DNA of 59,341 bases, the filler included. It is 4 parts of 4 records of this genome, joined end to end, with 100 filler letters (N's around TTAATTAATTAA, not from the genome) between each part and the next. Parts side by side here need not be neighbours in the genome. Positions count along the whole stretch, not along the records: positions 45,257 to 59,341 come from DRR723986_10629; 3 more parts are not named here. One strand, 5' to 3'. The notes under the pieces are model-generated. The model was not told where the DNA came from. It was given only the letters and a program-made list of their open reading frames with translations, and searched no databases. The position numbers were made by a program, and so were the translations under genes. This document shows positions 48,597 through 58,568 of the stretch, piece after piece. Positions within the stretch are counted from its first letter, which is position 1, and every line of letters begins with the position of its first letter.

Positions 48597-49707
48597 GGTT
48601 ACCTCCTGCTGGCCCTAGTGCCTGACACCATTCCAGCGCTTCAGCGCGGCTACCACGGAATAAAACTGGCTGATCTTTTTTTGACAATTGGTAATCATAC
48701 ATCGGGTCGTAATAATCCGTCAAAAGTGCTTCAATCCATGCCCTGTGCAAATCTGTGTCACCGCGCTTTTCATGTGCTTCAATAGCCGCCTGCAATAACG
48801 AATTTATTGCATTGTATTTAACCCCGCCCAACCTTTTGCGCACACGGTAAAGCGCGCTGGTTAAAAAGTCAGCGAATGGCTTAAATGCCTGTTCCCCTTC
48901 AACAGCAACAAACTCTGCCAGCAAGCCGGTCACATAGTCGCGGTGAATAACATCGATGCGTGCATCAAGCGGTTCTTCAATCATCACCATTGGCCAGCGT
49001 GGCATCTGTGATACCAAAGCAAGCGGCAACGAAAGCTGGCCAATACGCGCACTTTCATCCTCGATGAAAAGCGGCCCCGCACTGCGATCGAAAGAGCGAA
49101 TAAGGGCCGCCGCAAGGCTATTTTCAAAATTAATCTGACTTGGCTGATCATCAGGTCGACGCCCAAAACTGGAACCACGATGATTGGCCAACCCTTCAAG
49201 GTCGATAGACCGTTCAAGATTATTCAATAGCAAAGTTTTACCGGTGCCTGTTCGGCCGGCAACCACGATGAAGTCATGGGCTTTCACGATGCGCTCGGTC
49301 TCATCAATCAAAAACCGACGCAGTGCCTTGTAACCACCGGCCACCCTTGGATAGTTTATACCGACTTCTTGCAGCCACTCTTGGGCAATTTGCGACCGTA
49401 GCCCGCCTCTAAAACAGAATAGGTAACCATTCGGATTAGCCTCTGCAAAAGCGCGCCATGCGTCAATCCGCTTGGCTTTAATATCGCCGTGCACCAACGA
49501 ATACCCCAACGCAATCGCCGCGTCTTGACCTTCGTTTTTATAGGCAATCCCCACCTGCTCCCGCTCAAAGTCGGTCATCAGTGGCGCGTTTACTGCACCG
49601 GGAAAGGAACCCGCTGCAAACTCAACCGGTGCCCGCACATCAAGCAATGACGTGTTATCCAAAAATAATTGCCGGTAGTCGGCTGTGTCGAGGCAAGAAG
49701 CTTTCAT
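48586..49707 (-). CDS. mnmH: tRNA 2-selenouridine synthase
   Basis: DVRAPVEF rhodanese domain, CFRGGLRS, GRTGTGKT P-loop, DLEGLANHRGSSFG, YYDPMY (also called selU). Confidence 0.96.
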   Translation of the reverse strand: MKASCLDTADYRQLFLDNTSLLDVRAPVEFAAGSFPGAVNAPLMTDFEREQVGIAYKNEGQDAAIALGYSLVHGDIKAKRIDAWRAFAEANPNGYLFCFRGGLRSQIAQEWLQEVGINYPRVAGGYKALRRFLIDETERIVKAHDFIVVAGRTGTGKTLLLNNLERSIDLEGLANHRGSSFGRRPDDQPSQINFENSLAAALIRSFDRSAGPLFIEDESARIGQLSLPLALVSQMPRWPMVMIEEPLDARIDVIHRDYVTGLLAEFVAVEGEQAFKPFADFLTSALYRVRKRLGGVKYNAINSLLQAAIEAHEKRGDTDLHRAWIEALLTDYYDPMYDYQLSKKDQPVLFRGSRAEALEWCQALGPAGGNREK

Positions 49708-49711
49708 GACA

Positions 49712-50752
49712 TTAAATGACTTCAACCAGCCGTCCGCCACCGTTGTCAGAAAGCTTTCCTATGGGGGCTAAATCTAATCCAGCTAACTGGAAAATACGCT
49801 TCAAGTCTGGGTTGTCTTCTGGGTCCGCCGCAACCAACAAGCCACCACTGGTTTGCGGGTCGCACAAAATGTACTTTTGTTCATCTGTCATCGCGCCAAC
49901 TTTATCGCCGTAACTCTCATAATTTCGCAGTGTACCACCCGGAATACATCCCTGCTTCAAATACTCTTTCACAGGCCCAAGTGTAGGCACAGCGGCATAA
50001 TCAATTGTCGCGTTCAGGTTACTACCCTCGCACATTTCAATAAGATGTCCCAGAAGGCCAAAACCTGTCACATCGGTCATGGCACTAACGCAGTCAAGTA
50101 GTGCGAGCTCTGCACCAATCTTGTTCATCTGGCACATAACGTCACGCGCTAATGTGTCATGCTCTGGCTTTAATTTTTTTTGTTTCTGCGCCGTTGTTAA
50201 CACGCCGACACCCAGAGGTTTGGTCAAATACAAATTGCTGCCGGAAACTGCCTTATCGTTCTGTTTAAGGTTACTGAGTGCCACCTGCCCCGTAACCGCA
50301 AGGCCAAAAATAGGTTCCGGCGCATCAATACTATGCCCGCCCGCCAGCATAATACCCGCTTCAGAGCATGCCGTTCGCCCACCGTCAATAACACGCGCCG
50401 CCACTTCAGGCGGCAACTTGTCTACCGGCCAACCTAAAATTGCTATTGCCATTAAAGGCTTGCCGCCCATGGCGTATATGTCACTTATGGCGTTCGTGGC
50501 GGCTATACGGCCAAAATCAAACGGATCATCGGCAATGGGCATGAAAAAATCAGTTGTTGACAGTACGGCTTGACCATTTCCCATATCGTAGGCTGCGGCA
50601 TCATCACGGCTGGCATTGCCCACTAAAAGGCGCGGGTCAGGGGCAAAATCCAGGCTTGAATGCAAAATTTTGTCTAAAACTTTTGGTGATATTTTACAGC
50701 CACAACCGGCACCGTGGCTATATTCAGTAAGCTTTACGGCATCGTCAGCCAT
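49712..50752 (-). CDS. selD: selenide, water dikinase (Cys form)
   Basis: [53 protein letters not shown]. Confidence 0.97.
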   Translation of the reverse strand: MADDAVKLTEYSHGAGCGCKISPKVLDKILHSSLDFAPDPRLLVGNASRDDAAAYDMGNGQAVLSTTDFFMPIADDPFDFGRIAATNAISDIYAMGGKPLMAIAILGWPVDKLPPEVAARVIDGGRTACSEAGIMLAGGHSIDAPEPIFGLAVTGQVALSNLKQNDKAVSGSNLYLTKPLGVGVLTTAQKQKKLKPEHDTLARDVMCQMNKIGAELALLDCVSAMTDVTGFGLLGHLIEMCEGSNLNATIDYAAVPTLGPVKEYLKQGCIPGGTLRNYESYGDKVGAMTDEQKYILCDPQTSGGLLVAADPEDNPDLKRIFQLAGLDLAPIGKLSDNGGGRLVEVI

Positions 50753-50923
50753 ATTTTAACCCTTTGCATGAGAACACTAAGCTGCCTTGCATAGCACCGT
50801 AACATACGTCGTTAAAGGGCGCCGTTGATTACTGTCCATACTTTAAGAGTTTTGGTTGATTGTGCCGTCATTCATGAGGGCTAAAGCTTAGGCTTTATAT
50901 CGCACCAACCTTAAGCTTCAGAA

Positions 50924-52093
50924 TTACGAACGTGTCAGTTTTCCTGTAACGCTTGCTCGAAAAATTGCGGCATAATCTTTGGCAGCGAAAGGAATCGGGT
51001 TAGTCCCCGCTGTAGGGTCCACTGCAGCCATAGCACCGATTTTTTCGGCGTCATCATCGCTAATACCAATTTCTGCAAGCGTGTGGGGAATCGCCAGTTC
51101 TGCCCGTAGATTCAGAACCCAGTCCAGAAAATTGTCAAAGCCAACACTTTCAAAACCAAGGGAACGCGTAAGATCAGCAATTTGCTCTTCAATAGCGGGG
51201 CGGTTGGCCACCAAAACATAGGGCATCAAAATCGCATTCAAAAGACCGTGGTGCGCGTCGTATACAGCCCCCAGCGGGTGCGCGAGCGCATGAATGGCCC
51301 CCAGCCCCCGTTGAAATGCCGTCGCCCCCATTGAGGACGCCACAAGCATATGCGACCGCGCTTCTATGTTTTGGCCGTCTGCCACCGCTGTTGGCAGCCA
51401 GTCTTTAATCAGGCGCATACCTTCAACGGCAATACCCACCGCCATGGGGTGATAACCCGGCGCACAGTAAGCTTCCAAGTTGTGAGCCAAGGCATCAATA
51501 CCGGTGGCTGCGGTAAGGTTTGCAGATAAGCCAACTGTCAACTTAGGGTCAGCAATCACCAGTTCTGGCATCATCTTGGGGTGAAAAATAATGCGTTTGG
51601 TACGAGCTTCCTCGTCCAAAATAACCGATGCCCGACCTACCTCTGAGCCCGTACCAGCGGTTGTTGGTACCGCGATGATCGGCGGAATACGGTCCGGCTG
51701 CGCACGCAACCAATTATCGCCTTCATCAACAAAATCCCACAATGAATGCTGTTGATTGCAAACGAGCGCAATCGCTTTCCCTGCATCTAGCGCACTGCCG
51801 CCTCCAATTACAATAATACCGTCATGGTGGCCAAGCCTGTAGGCCGCGACACCGTCGTTAATATTTTTACCGGTTGGATTGGGCTTTATGTCCGAAAAAA
51901 TGGCTACTTTCAGGCCGCTTTTTTTGAGTTCAGTGACTATTTCCTGGAAAAAGCCCAATGAAACAATGCCAGAATCGGTCACCACAAGCGGTGATTTCAT
52001 CTCCAACGAGGAAGCGCTAGCCGCGAGCGACGATATGCGCCCCGCCCCTAAATGATACTGTGTTGGATAGTTCCAGTTGCCAGAAAGCTGCAT
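50924..52093 (-). CDS. iron-containing alcohol dehydrogenase
   Basis: GGGSALDAGK, PTTAGTGSE, DALAHNLE, HALAH, HHG. Confidence 0.94.
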   Translation of the reverse strand: MQLSGNWNYPTQYHLGAGRISSLAASASSLEMKSPLVVTDSGIVSLGFFQEIVTELKKSGLKVAIFSDIKPNPTGKNINDGVAAYRLGHHDGIIVIGGGSALDAGKAIALVCNQQHSLWDFVDEGDNWLRAQPDRIPPIIAVPTTAGTGSEVGRASVILDEEARTKRIIFHPKMMPELVIADPKLTVGLSANLTAATGIDALAHNLEAYCAPGYHPMAVGIAVEGMRLIKDWLPTAVADGQNIEARSHMLVASSMGATAFQRGLGAIHALAHPLGAVYDAHHGLLNAILMPYVLVANRPAIEEQIADLTRSLGFESVGFDNFLDWVLNLRAELAIPHTLAEIGISDDDAEKIGAMAAVDPTAGTNPIPFAAKDYAAIFRASVTGKLTRS

Positions 52094-52104
52094 GAGGGAA
52101 ACCC

Positions 52105-53457
52105 TTAAATAATCTCGAAGTAGCGGTCCATTTCCCAATCGGTAATGGCTTTATCAAATTCCCGAACTTCCCATTCACGCGATGCGGCATAATGCTCAAC
52201 AAAGTCTTTGCCGAATAATTCTTGTGCTGCCGCAGAAGCGCGGAGCCTTGCCGCGGCGTCACCGAGCGACCGAGGCAATTGTCGCTCGGCGGCAAATTCC
52301 TGATCATAGGCATTGCCCGTAATCGCTGCATCAGGCTCAATTTTGTGCTCAATGCCCCACAGACCACTGGCAAGCGCCGCTGCAGTTGCAATATAGGGAT
52401 TGATATCTGCCGCTGCGACCCGGTATTCAACCCGCTGAGCCGACGCACTACCGGTAATCGCACGCAAGGCGCAGGTGCGATTTTCAATACCCCAACTGGC
52501 TTCCGTTGGTGCCCAAAAGCCGGGGATCAAGCGACGGTAGCTGTTTATGGTCGGTGCTATCATGGCAAGCAGTTCCGGCATTAAAGCCTGCTGCCCGCCA
52601 ATGAAATGCCGCATGGTGTCTGAAATAGTATGGTCCGCAGTGGCATCATAAAAAACACCCGCACCTTTTTCATCTTGCAACGACAGATGAATATGCCCGC
52701 TTTGGCCCGGCCAGTCTTTCGACCATTTGGCCATAAAGGTTGCCATCCACCCGCGGCGCTGTGCCAGGGTTTTGGTAACAGTTTTAAACAGAGCAGCCTT
52801 GTCAGCAGCAGCGAGCACGTCATCAACTTTTATCGCCGCCTCTAGCACGCCGGGTCCGGTTTCAGTGTGGAGGCCTTCAATCTCCATATCCATAGAAAGG
52901 CACGTGTCCAGAAGTTCGCGGTAAAACTCACTGTGCACACCGCTTCTAAGTGCGGAATAGCCAAAGAAGCCGGGGGTTATATTCTTCATATTCTGGAAGT
53001 TTTTGTCACGCACTGTATCCGGCGTTTCTTCGAACAAGAAAAACTCAAACTCACACGCGGCTTTAGCAGTGAACCCCATATTTGCCGCCTTATCAATAAC
53101 ACGGCGCAACAATCCGCGCGGGCAAATGGCTTCAGCTGCACCGGCAAACTCGCCCAGAATAAAGGGCATGCCCTCTTCAAAGGGCATTCTGCGCAGCGTT
53201 TCCGGCAACAGACGCACTTCCGCGTCCGGGTATCCAGTGTGCCAGCCAGTATAGTTTACATTGTCATACAATTGATCATTGCTGTCCCACCCCAGCACTA
53301 CATCACAAAAGCCAAACCCCTTGTTCAGTGCCGATGTTAGCTTGTCGCGGCCCATATATTTGCCGCGTAGCACACCGTCTATGTCAAAAACGCCAACCTT
53401 CGCATAGGAAAGCTGCTCTTTATCCAGCAGGGTAATAATATCTTTGGTGTTTTTCAC
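52105..53457 (-). CDS. glutamine synthetase-like gamma-glutamyl:amine ligase
   Basis: DIDGVLRGK, EFEFFLF, HTETGPG, TFMAK, GHIHLS, NSYRRL, ENRT, RVEYR. Confidence 0.9.
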   Translation of the reverse strand: MKNTKDIITLLDKEQLSYAKVGVFDIDGVLRGKYMGRDKLTSALNKGFGFCDVVLGWDSNDQLYDNVNYTGWHTGYPDAEVRLLPETLRRMPFEEGMPFILGEFAGAAEAICPRGLLRRVIDKAANMGFTAKAACEFEFFLFEETPDTVRDKNFQNMKNITPGFFGYSALRSGVHSEFYRELLDTCLSMDMEIEGLHTETGPGVLEAAIKVDDVLAAADKAALFKTVTKTLAQRRGWMATFMAKWSKDWPGQSGHIHLSLQDEKGAGVFYDATADHTISDTMRHFIGGQQALMPELLAMIAPTINSYRRLIPGFWAPTEASWGIENRTCALRAITGSASAQRVEYRVAAADINPYIATAAALASGLWGIEHKIEPDAAITGNAYDQEFAAERQLPRSLGDAAARLRASAAAQELFGKDFVEHYAASREWEVREFDKAITDWEMDRYFEII

Positions 53458-54929
53458 GGCTTTGCCTCGTCCGCATCTTTCATGGTTTGCGCAAATTCTT
53501 CCTCAGGCGACAAGACCATATTGTGCCTTGAATGCACCGCAAAATACATTAGCCCTAAGGCAAACCAAATCGCACAGCCATAAACCCCAACCCTGTAGTC
53601 TTCATTCACGAATAAGAATACCAGCGTAACCGCTGCAATCGCGCCCGCCATAATCGCTCCTGCGCTGCCAAGCGGGCTAACGTAAGGCCGCTTAATGCTG
53701 GGCATCGCCCGTAATTTCACAAAGGCCAGCATCTGCATGATATAGGCAATTACCGCACCGAACACTGCCATGTTCAAAAGAACAGCGCCTACAGGCACAC
53801 TGCCGAAAAACGCTTCGCCGTAATGAATGATGAGCGCGACAACAAAACCAACCACTGCACCAGCAATAAGCGCAACATGAGGGGTTTTGCGCGTGGAATG
53901 GGTAACCGATAACCACTTGGGGAAATAGCCCGCCCGGCTAAGGGAATAAATATTACGACCATAAGCATAAATAATGGTGTGAAAGCTTGCGATCAAACCT
54001 GCAACCGCCACAAGCGCCAGCAGCGAAGCCCCCACGCCGTCACCAAAGATGGTTTGGAAGGCCAAGAACAACGGTTCATCTGATTGCCCCACCACCGCCG
54101 CACCGGGTGCGATGCCTGCGTTCAAAAATAATGTCAAAAAAGACGCAATGATCAGTGTGAGAATACCCCAGAGCAGGCCGCGCGGCATGTCGCGCACCGG
54201 GTCATGGGCTTCTTCTGCGGCCAGCGGTAACTGTTCAATCGCCAAGTAAAACCAAATGGCAAATGGCAAAGCAGCGGCAATGCCAGAAAATCCCATCGGA
54301 AACCACAAACTGCCGCCTTCCTGCGGCGTGATATCCAGCGCATGCTCCAGCGAGAAATGCGGGATAGCACCAATCCAGAATACGGCAAGGATGCCCAGTG
54401 CCAGAAAGGTGACCGCCACGGTGAATTTAAAGGTAAGTTCCACGCCGATAATGTTGATGCCAACAAATATAGCATAGGAAACCGCCCACCAAACCGGATC
54501 AGCAACATCAATGCCCAGCATCGAATTAAAGATGGAGCCCAAATACCCCCCAATGCCAACAACGATTACTGCGGGCGTCAGGACATATTCCATATTTTCG
54601 GCAAGACCGGTGACATACCCTGCCCACGGCCCCATAGCTGTGCGCGCAAAAGAGTAAGCGCCGCCTGTATGCGGCAACGCAGGCGACATTTCAGCGATGG
54701 AGTAACACAGGCCAATATACATGGCAGCGATGATGATTGTGGCAACCAAAAGCCCACCAAAACCACCAACGCTAAGGCCAAAATTCCAACCGAAGAAATC
54801 ACCGGAAATAACTGCACCGACACCCAGCGCCCAAAGCGACCATACGCCCGCATAGCGCTTGAGACCGCGCTTCTCCATATAGCCTGCATCGGCCTTTGAA
54901 TAGGTAACTGAGCCTTTATTTTCCGCCAC
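53454..54929 (-). CDS. APC amino acid permease, ethanolamine permease-like
   Basis: LWALGVGAVISGDFFGWNFG, LPFAIWFYLAIE, GLIASFH, SRAGYFP (Eat-like signatures). Confidence 0.88.
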   Translation of the reverse strand: MAENKGSVTYSKADAGYMEKRGLKRYAGVWSLWALGVGAVISGDFFGWNFGLSVGGFGGLLVATIIIAAMYIGLCYSIAEMSPALPHTGGAYSFARTAMGPWAGYVTGLAENMEYVLTPAVIVVGIGGYLGSIFNSMLGIDVADPVWWAVSYAIFVGINIIGVELTFKFTVAVTFLALGILAVFWIGAIPHFSLEHALDITPQEGGSLWFPMGFSGIAAALPFAIWFYLAIEQLPLAAEEAHDPVRDMPRGLLWGILTLIIASFLTLFLNAGIAPGAAVVGQSDEPLFLAFQTIFGDGVGASLLALVAVAGLIASFHTIIYAYGRNIYSLSRAGYFPKWLSVTHSTRKTPHVALIAGAVVGFVVALIIHYGEAFFGSVPVGAVLLNMAVFGAVIAYIMQMLAFVKLRAMPSIKRPYVSPLGSAGAIMAGAIAAVTLVFLFVNEDYRVGVYGCAIWFALGLMYFAVHSRHNMVLSPEEEFAQTMKDADEAKP

Positions 54930-55007
54930 TTTGCGCCTCCAGTTTAGATCACCTTACCTATTGCTCTTCAGACGGCAGGGTGATCTAGGTTAGTTAGCTT
55001 GTAACTC

Positions 55008-58000
55008 CTACTTAAAGTAATCCGGTGCCGCAGGAACTTTATCCTTCTTGGGCGGATTGCGGCGCAGCTCCTTGAGCAAATGCTCCACTGTCGCTTCCAA
55101 TTGCGGATCACGCCCTTGACGCCACAATGCAGGGTCAAACTCAACTTCAATGTCTGGGGCCATGCCTGCATTTTCCATTTCCCATTCGCCGTCAGTGCCG
55201 TAAATGGCAAAGTCAGGTGACCGAACAAACCCGCCGTCCATCAACTGCGGCAATGCTTGTGCCGCCACGAGACCGCCCCATGTGCGCTTGCCGATCAATT
55301 TACCGGTATTGCTTTTACGGAAAAACCACGGCATTGCATCACCACCAGAGCCTGCCATTTCATTAATAATCATGGCTTTAGGCCCGTAAATGGCGCCGCC
55401 AGGCACTGGCACAGTGACATCACCGTGGCGGTAAAAGATGTTAGCAAAGCGTTCCTTATTAAAGGTTTGCGTCACATAATCTGCAAGAGACCCACCGCCA
55501 TTGAACCGCTCGTCAAGCACCGCGCCCTGTTTATCGGTTTGGGCATAGAAATAGCGGTTAAAACTGCGAAAACCCGGCCCGCCTGTGTTTGGCATGTAAA
55601 TATAGGCGAGCTTACCATCGCTTAGCTCGTCCACTTTACGGCGATTGCCTTCAATCCAATCAATGTTGCGCACGCCGCGTTCGTTAGCGATAGGCTTAAC
55701 CATCACTTCACGGCTATCACTGCCATCTGCATTTGTGGAAATTTCAAGTCGCACCATTTTTCCGGCTGTGGCCTCAAACGCGGCAAAAATATTCTGCTCC
55801 GCCGTAAGCTCACGGCCATTAACAGCAATAATGTAATCATCCGCCTCAACGTTCAAACCGGGCTGGTTCAAAGGCGCAACCAGATTAGGAGACCAATTTT
55901 CACCATTATAAATTTTGGCAATGCGATACCGACCATTTTCAACGGTATAGTCGGCACCAAGCAAGCCGACAGAAACGGCATTTGGCCGCGCACGATCACC
56001 GCTGCTGACAAACATATGGCCAATGGTCAATTGTCCCAGCATTTCGTTAAACAGGTATGTCAAATCCGACCGATGACGCACGCTTTTCACGTAAGGGGCA
56101 TATGTGTTCACAGCCCAGTCTAGGTCTAGCCCGTGCAGGTTTTTGTCGTAGAAAAAGTCACGCTCGCCGCGCCATACTTCATGGAACATTTGGTCCCATT
56201 CAACGGCCGGGTCTACCCGCACTTCCATCCCTGCAGTTTTCAGGCTTGAACCCGGCTTACCAAGGGCCTTGGTAGACGCAATACTCCAGGAACCACGACC
56301 CCGGCGAACCAGCGCCGATTTGCCGTCAGCCGATATATCAAAGCCCGAGAAGCCGCCTGCTTGCTTCGTTACTTTTTGCGACTTAGGGTCGAACTTATAG
56401 ATATCCAGCGTTGGCGGGCCGCTTTGCCCTCCATTGCTTTCAGCGGCATAAAATTCACCTGGGGCACCGGCAAAGAGCGCCGCCCACGTAGTATTTGCTG
56501 CCGGCATAGCAACGATACGGTTTAAAATACCATCAAGGTCAATTTTAAGCGCCTTCTTTGGCTCTTCAACTTCGTCTTCTTCGGTGGCATCATCCGCGTC
56601 TTCTTCGTCTGCTTCGTCAGCATCAGCTTCTTGCGCTACCTTATCATCTGCCGGTTTTTCAGCAACGGGTTCATCGTCACTTTCCGGCGCGAGGGGTGAG
56701 GCTGTATCTTTGGACAAAACAGCCGCATAAATACTGCGCGTTGTAGTCCGCCCCATACCCGACATATCGGCAAAACTGATTTGTTCGCCCACATTCGTAC
56801 TGGCAGCGAAGTATAAATACTTGCCGTTCTTATCAAATGTCGGATAGCGGGCATCACTCATGCCATCTGTAACTTGATGGCTTTCACCGGTTTCAAGCGA
56901 ATATACAAAAATAGCCCGCAGCAAATTAGGAAGCTGCTTGGCATATGTCATCCAGTCGCTTTCCGGTGACCAGCTGGCAACCAATACATCCCCGGTTGTG
57001 ACAATGTTTTTGTCAACACGAACAGGTTTCGCATCATCGCCTTCGGAGATGTCCACATACCACATAACATTGCCGTGGTCGCGGAAGGCTATTTTCTTGC
57101 TGTCTGGCGACCATACTAGCTGACGGTAAAACATAGGCGGCAGCTTTATAACGCGCTCTGCTTCAAGCGCTTTTTGGTCACGAATATGCAGCGCATACTC
57201 GCCAGTTGCTTCAGAAAAATACGCGATAGACTGCCCGTCCGGCGACCAGGCGGGGTCCCGTTCCATAGCACCGGTTGTTTCCGTAATATTGCGAATGTCA
57301 CCTTTTTTGGCCGGGACGGTTAAGATTTCACCGCGCGCCTCAAAAACAGCCCTTTTACCACTAGGCGAAATGGCGCCATTTGTAATACGGTCGCTTACTT
57401 TCCGGTAATAAGGCCTTACAGAGCCCACATCTGCATTGACTGTAATATCAAGCTTGCTGGATGTGCCTGTAGTTGTATCAAAGATGTGCAATGTGCCAAA
57501 TTCTTCATAAATGATGGCACCGTTCGGGCCTGCGCTGGCCCATTTGATGTCCATACCTTTATGGTCAAATGCTCGGCGAACCCGCTTGCTGTTCACATCG
57601 TATGAAAACAGACGAAAGTCTCCAATTTTGCTGTTACGATCTGAAATAAAGTAAATTTTATCGCCAATCCACATGGGGTTTTTATCAACACTGCCTTCGT
57701 CCGGTACTTTCACGATGCTTGAGTCTGACAGCTTCGCAATCCAGATTTTGTCTTGCTGACCACCACGGTACCGCTTCCAGGCCTGCTGCCACTGCGTTAA
57801 GGGTTCATAGGCAATATGTTCGCTATTAGGCGAGAAAGAACCCTTTTCTGCCATTGGTAGGGGAAGCTGTTCAGGCAGTGCGCTGCCGCTCAGGTCAACG
57901 GTGAATAACCGGACAAAGTTCACATAACTATTCCGGGGTGAACTTAACAACACTTTACTGCCATCATTGGTCCAGCCACGCACTATGTCTGCGCCGGGAT

Positions 58001-58322
58001 GATAGGTTAGCCGTTTGGGTGTGCCACCGTTTATGTCGATGACATAAGCGTCGATATTGCCGTCATATTCACCCGTAAAAGCAACCTTGGTACCGTCTGG
58101 GGAAAAATAGGGAGTGCTCTCATTGCCTATGCCTGTTGTTAGCTGTTCCGCTTCACCACCGCTGCGGTCAACGCGCCACAAATCACCGGCGTATGAGAAA
58201 ACAACATGGTTTTCGCTTAGCGTGGGTTGGCGGAACAATGTATTGTCATCAGCCATACTTGCTGACGATGCAGTAACCAAAGTTAGCGCGCACAATATTG
58301 ATTTATTAAACCTGAACTTCAT
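55008..58322 (-). CDS. tricorn protease homolog (S41 family)
   Basis: Signal peptide; FSPDG/WSPD propeller repeats, WKRYRGG, PDZ, DERFNGGG, AGSGGD catalytic Ser, GKRTWGG. Confidence 0.94.
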   Translation of the reverse strand: MKFRFNKSILCALTLVTASSASMADDNTLFRQPTLSENHVVFSYAGDLWRVDRSGGEAEQLTTGIGNESTPYFSPDGTKVAFTGEYDGNIDAYVIDINGGTPKRLTYHPGADIVRGWTNDGSKVLLSSPRNSYVNFVRLFTVDLSGSALPEQLPLPMAEKGSFSPNSEHIAYEPLTQWQQAWKRYRGGQQDKIWIAKLSDSSIVKVPDEGSVDKNPMWIGDKIYFISDRNSKIGDFRLFSYDVNSKRVRRAFDHKGMDIKWASAGPNGAIIYEEFGTLHIFDTTTGTSSKLDITVNADVGSVRPYYRKVSDRITNGAISPSGKRAVFEARGEILTVPAKKGDIRNITETTGAMERDPAWSPDGQSIAYFSEATGEYALHIRDQKALEAERVIKLPPMFYRQLVWSPDSKKIAFRDHGNVMWYVDISEGDDAKPVRVDKNIVTTGDVLVASWSPESDWMTYAKQLPNLLRAIFVYSLETGESHQVTDGMSDARYPTFDKNGKYLYFAASTNVGEQISFADMSGMGRTTTRSIYAAVLSKDTASPLAPESDDEPVAEKPADDKVAQEADADEADEEDADDATEEDEVEEPKKALKIDLDGILNRIVAMPAANTTWAALFAGAPGEFYAAESNGGQSGPPTLDIYKFDPKSQKVTKQAGGFSGFDISADGKSALVRRGRGSWSIASTKALGKPGSSLKTAGMEVRVDPAVEWDQMFHEVWRGERDFFYDKNLHGLDLDWAVNTYAPYVKSVRHRSDLTYLFNEMLGQLTIGHMFVSSGDRARPNAVSVGLLGADYTVENGRYRIAKIYNGENWSPNLVAPLNQPGLNVEADDYIIAVNGRELTAEQNIFAAFEATAGKMVRLEISTNADGSDSREVMVKPIANERGVRNIDWIEGNRRKVDELSDGKLAYIYMPNTGGPGFRSFNRYFYAQTDKQGAVLDERFNGGGSLADYVTQTFNKERFANIFYRHGDVTVPVPGGAIYGPKAMIINEMAGSGGDAMPWFFRKSNTGKLIGKRTWGGLVAAQALPQLMDGGFVRSPDFAIYGTDGEWEMENAGMAPDIEVEFDPALWRQGRDPQLEATVEHLLKELRRNPPKKDKVPAAPDYFK

Positions 58323-58568
58323 GTAGCCCTCCCAAAGCATTCTATGACGATTGGCGAAAGCCTATTGCACCTGTTCCCCCGGGGCAACAATTATGAAGCT
58401 AAAATCGATGATAATATCTGTATAACACCGCAAGTAAGGAAGAGCTTTTAGAGCGGCGTTAAATATACTTCCTGATTAAATGTAACACATAATGGTGTTG
58501 TAGCCGTTGCCGCGCTGCGATATAGCTTTGTAGGGGTCACGTATATTTCAAATGACACGGGAAATAAC

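Noticed and set aside
50700..50752. Possible selenocysteine (UGA) in SelD
   Set aside because: The active site reads GAGCGCK with Cys codons and there is no in-frame UGA
58350..58370. TTGGCG...TTGCA as a sigma54 promoter
   Set aside because: GG-to-GC spacing is 12 nt rather than the required 10
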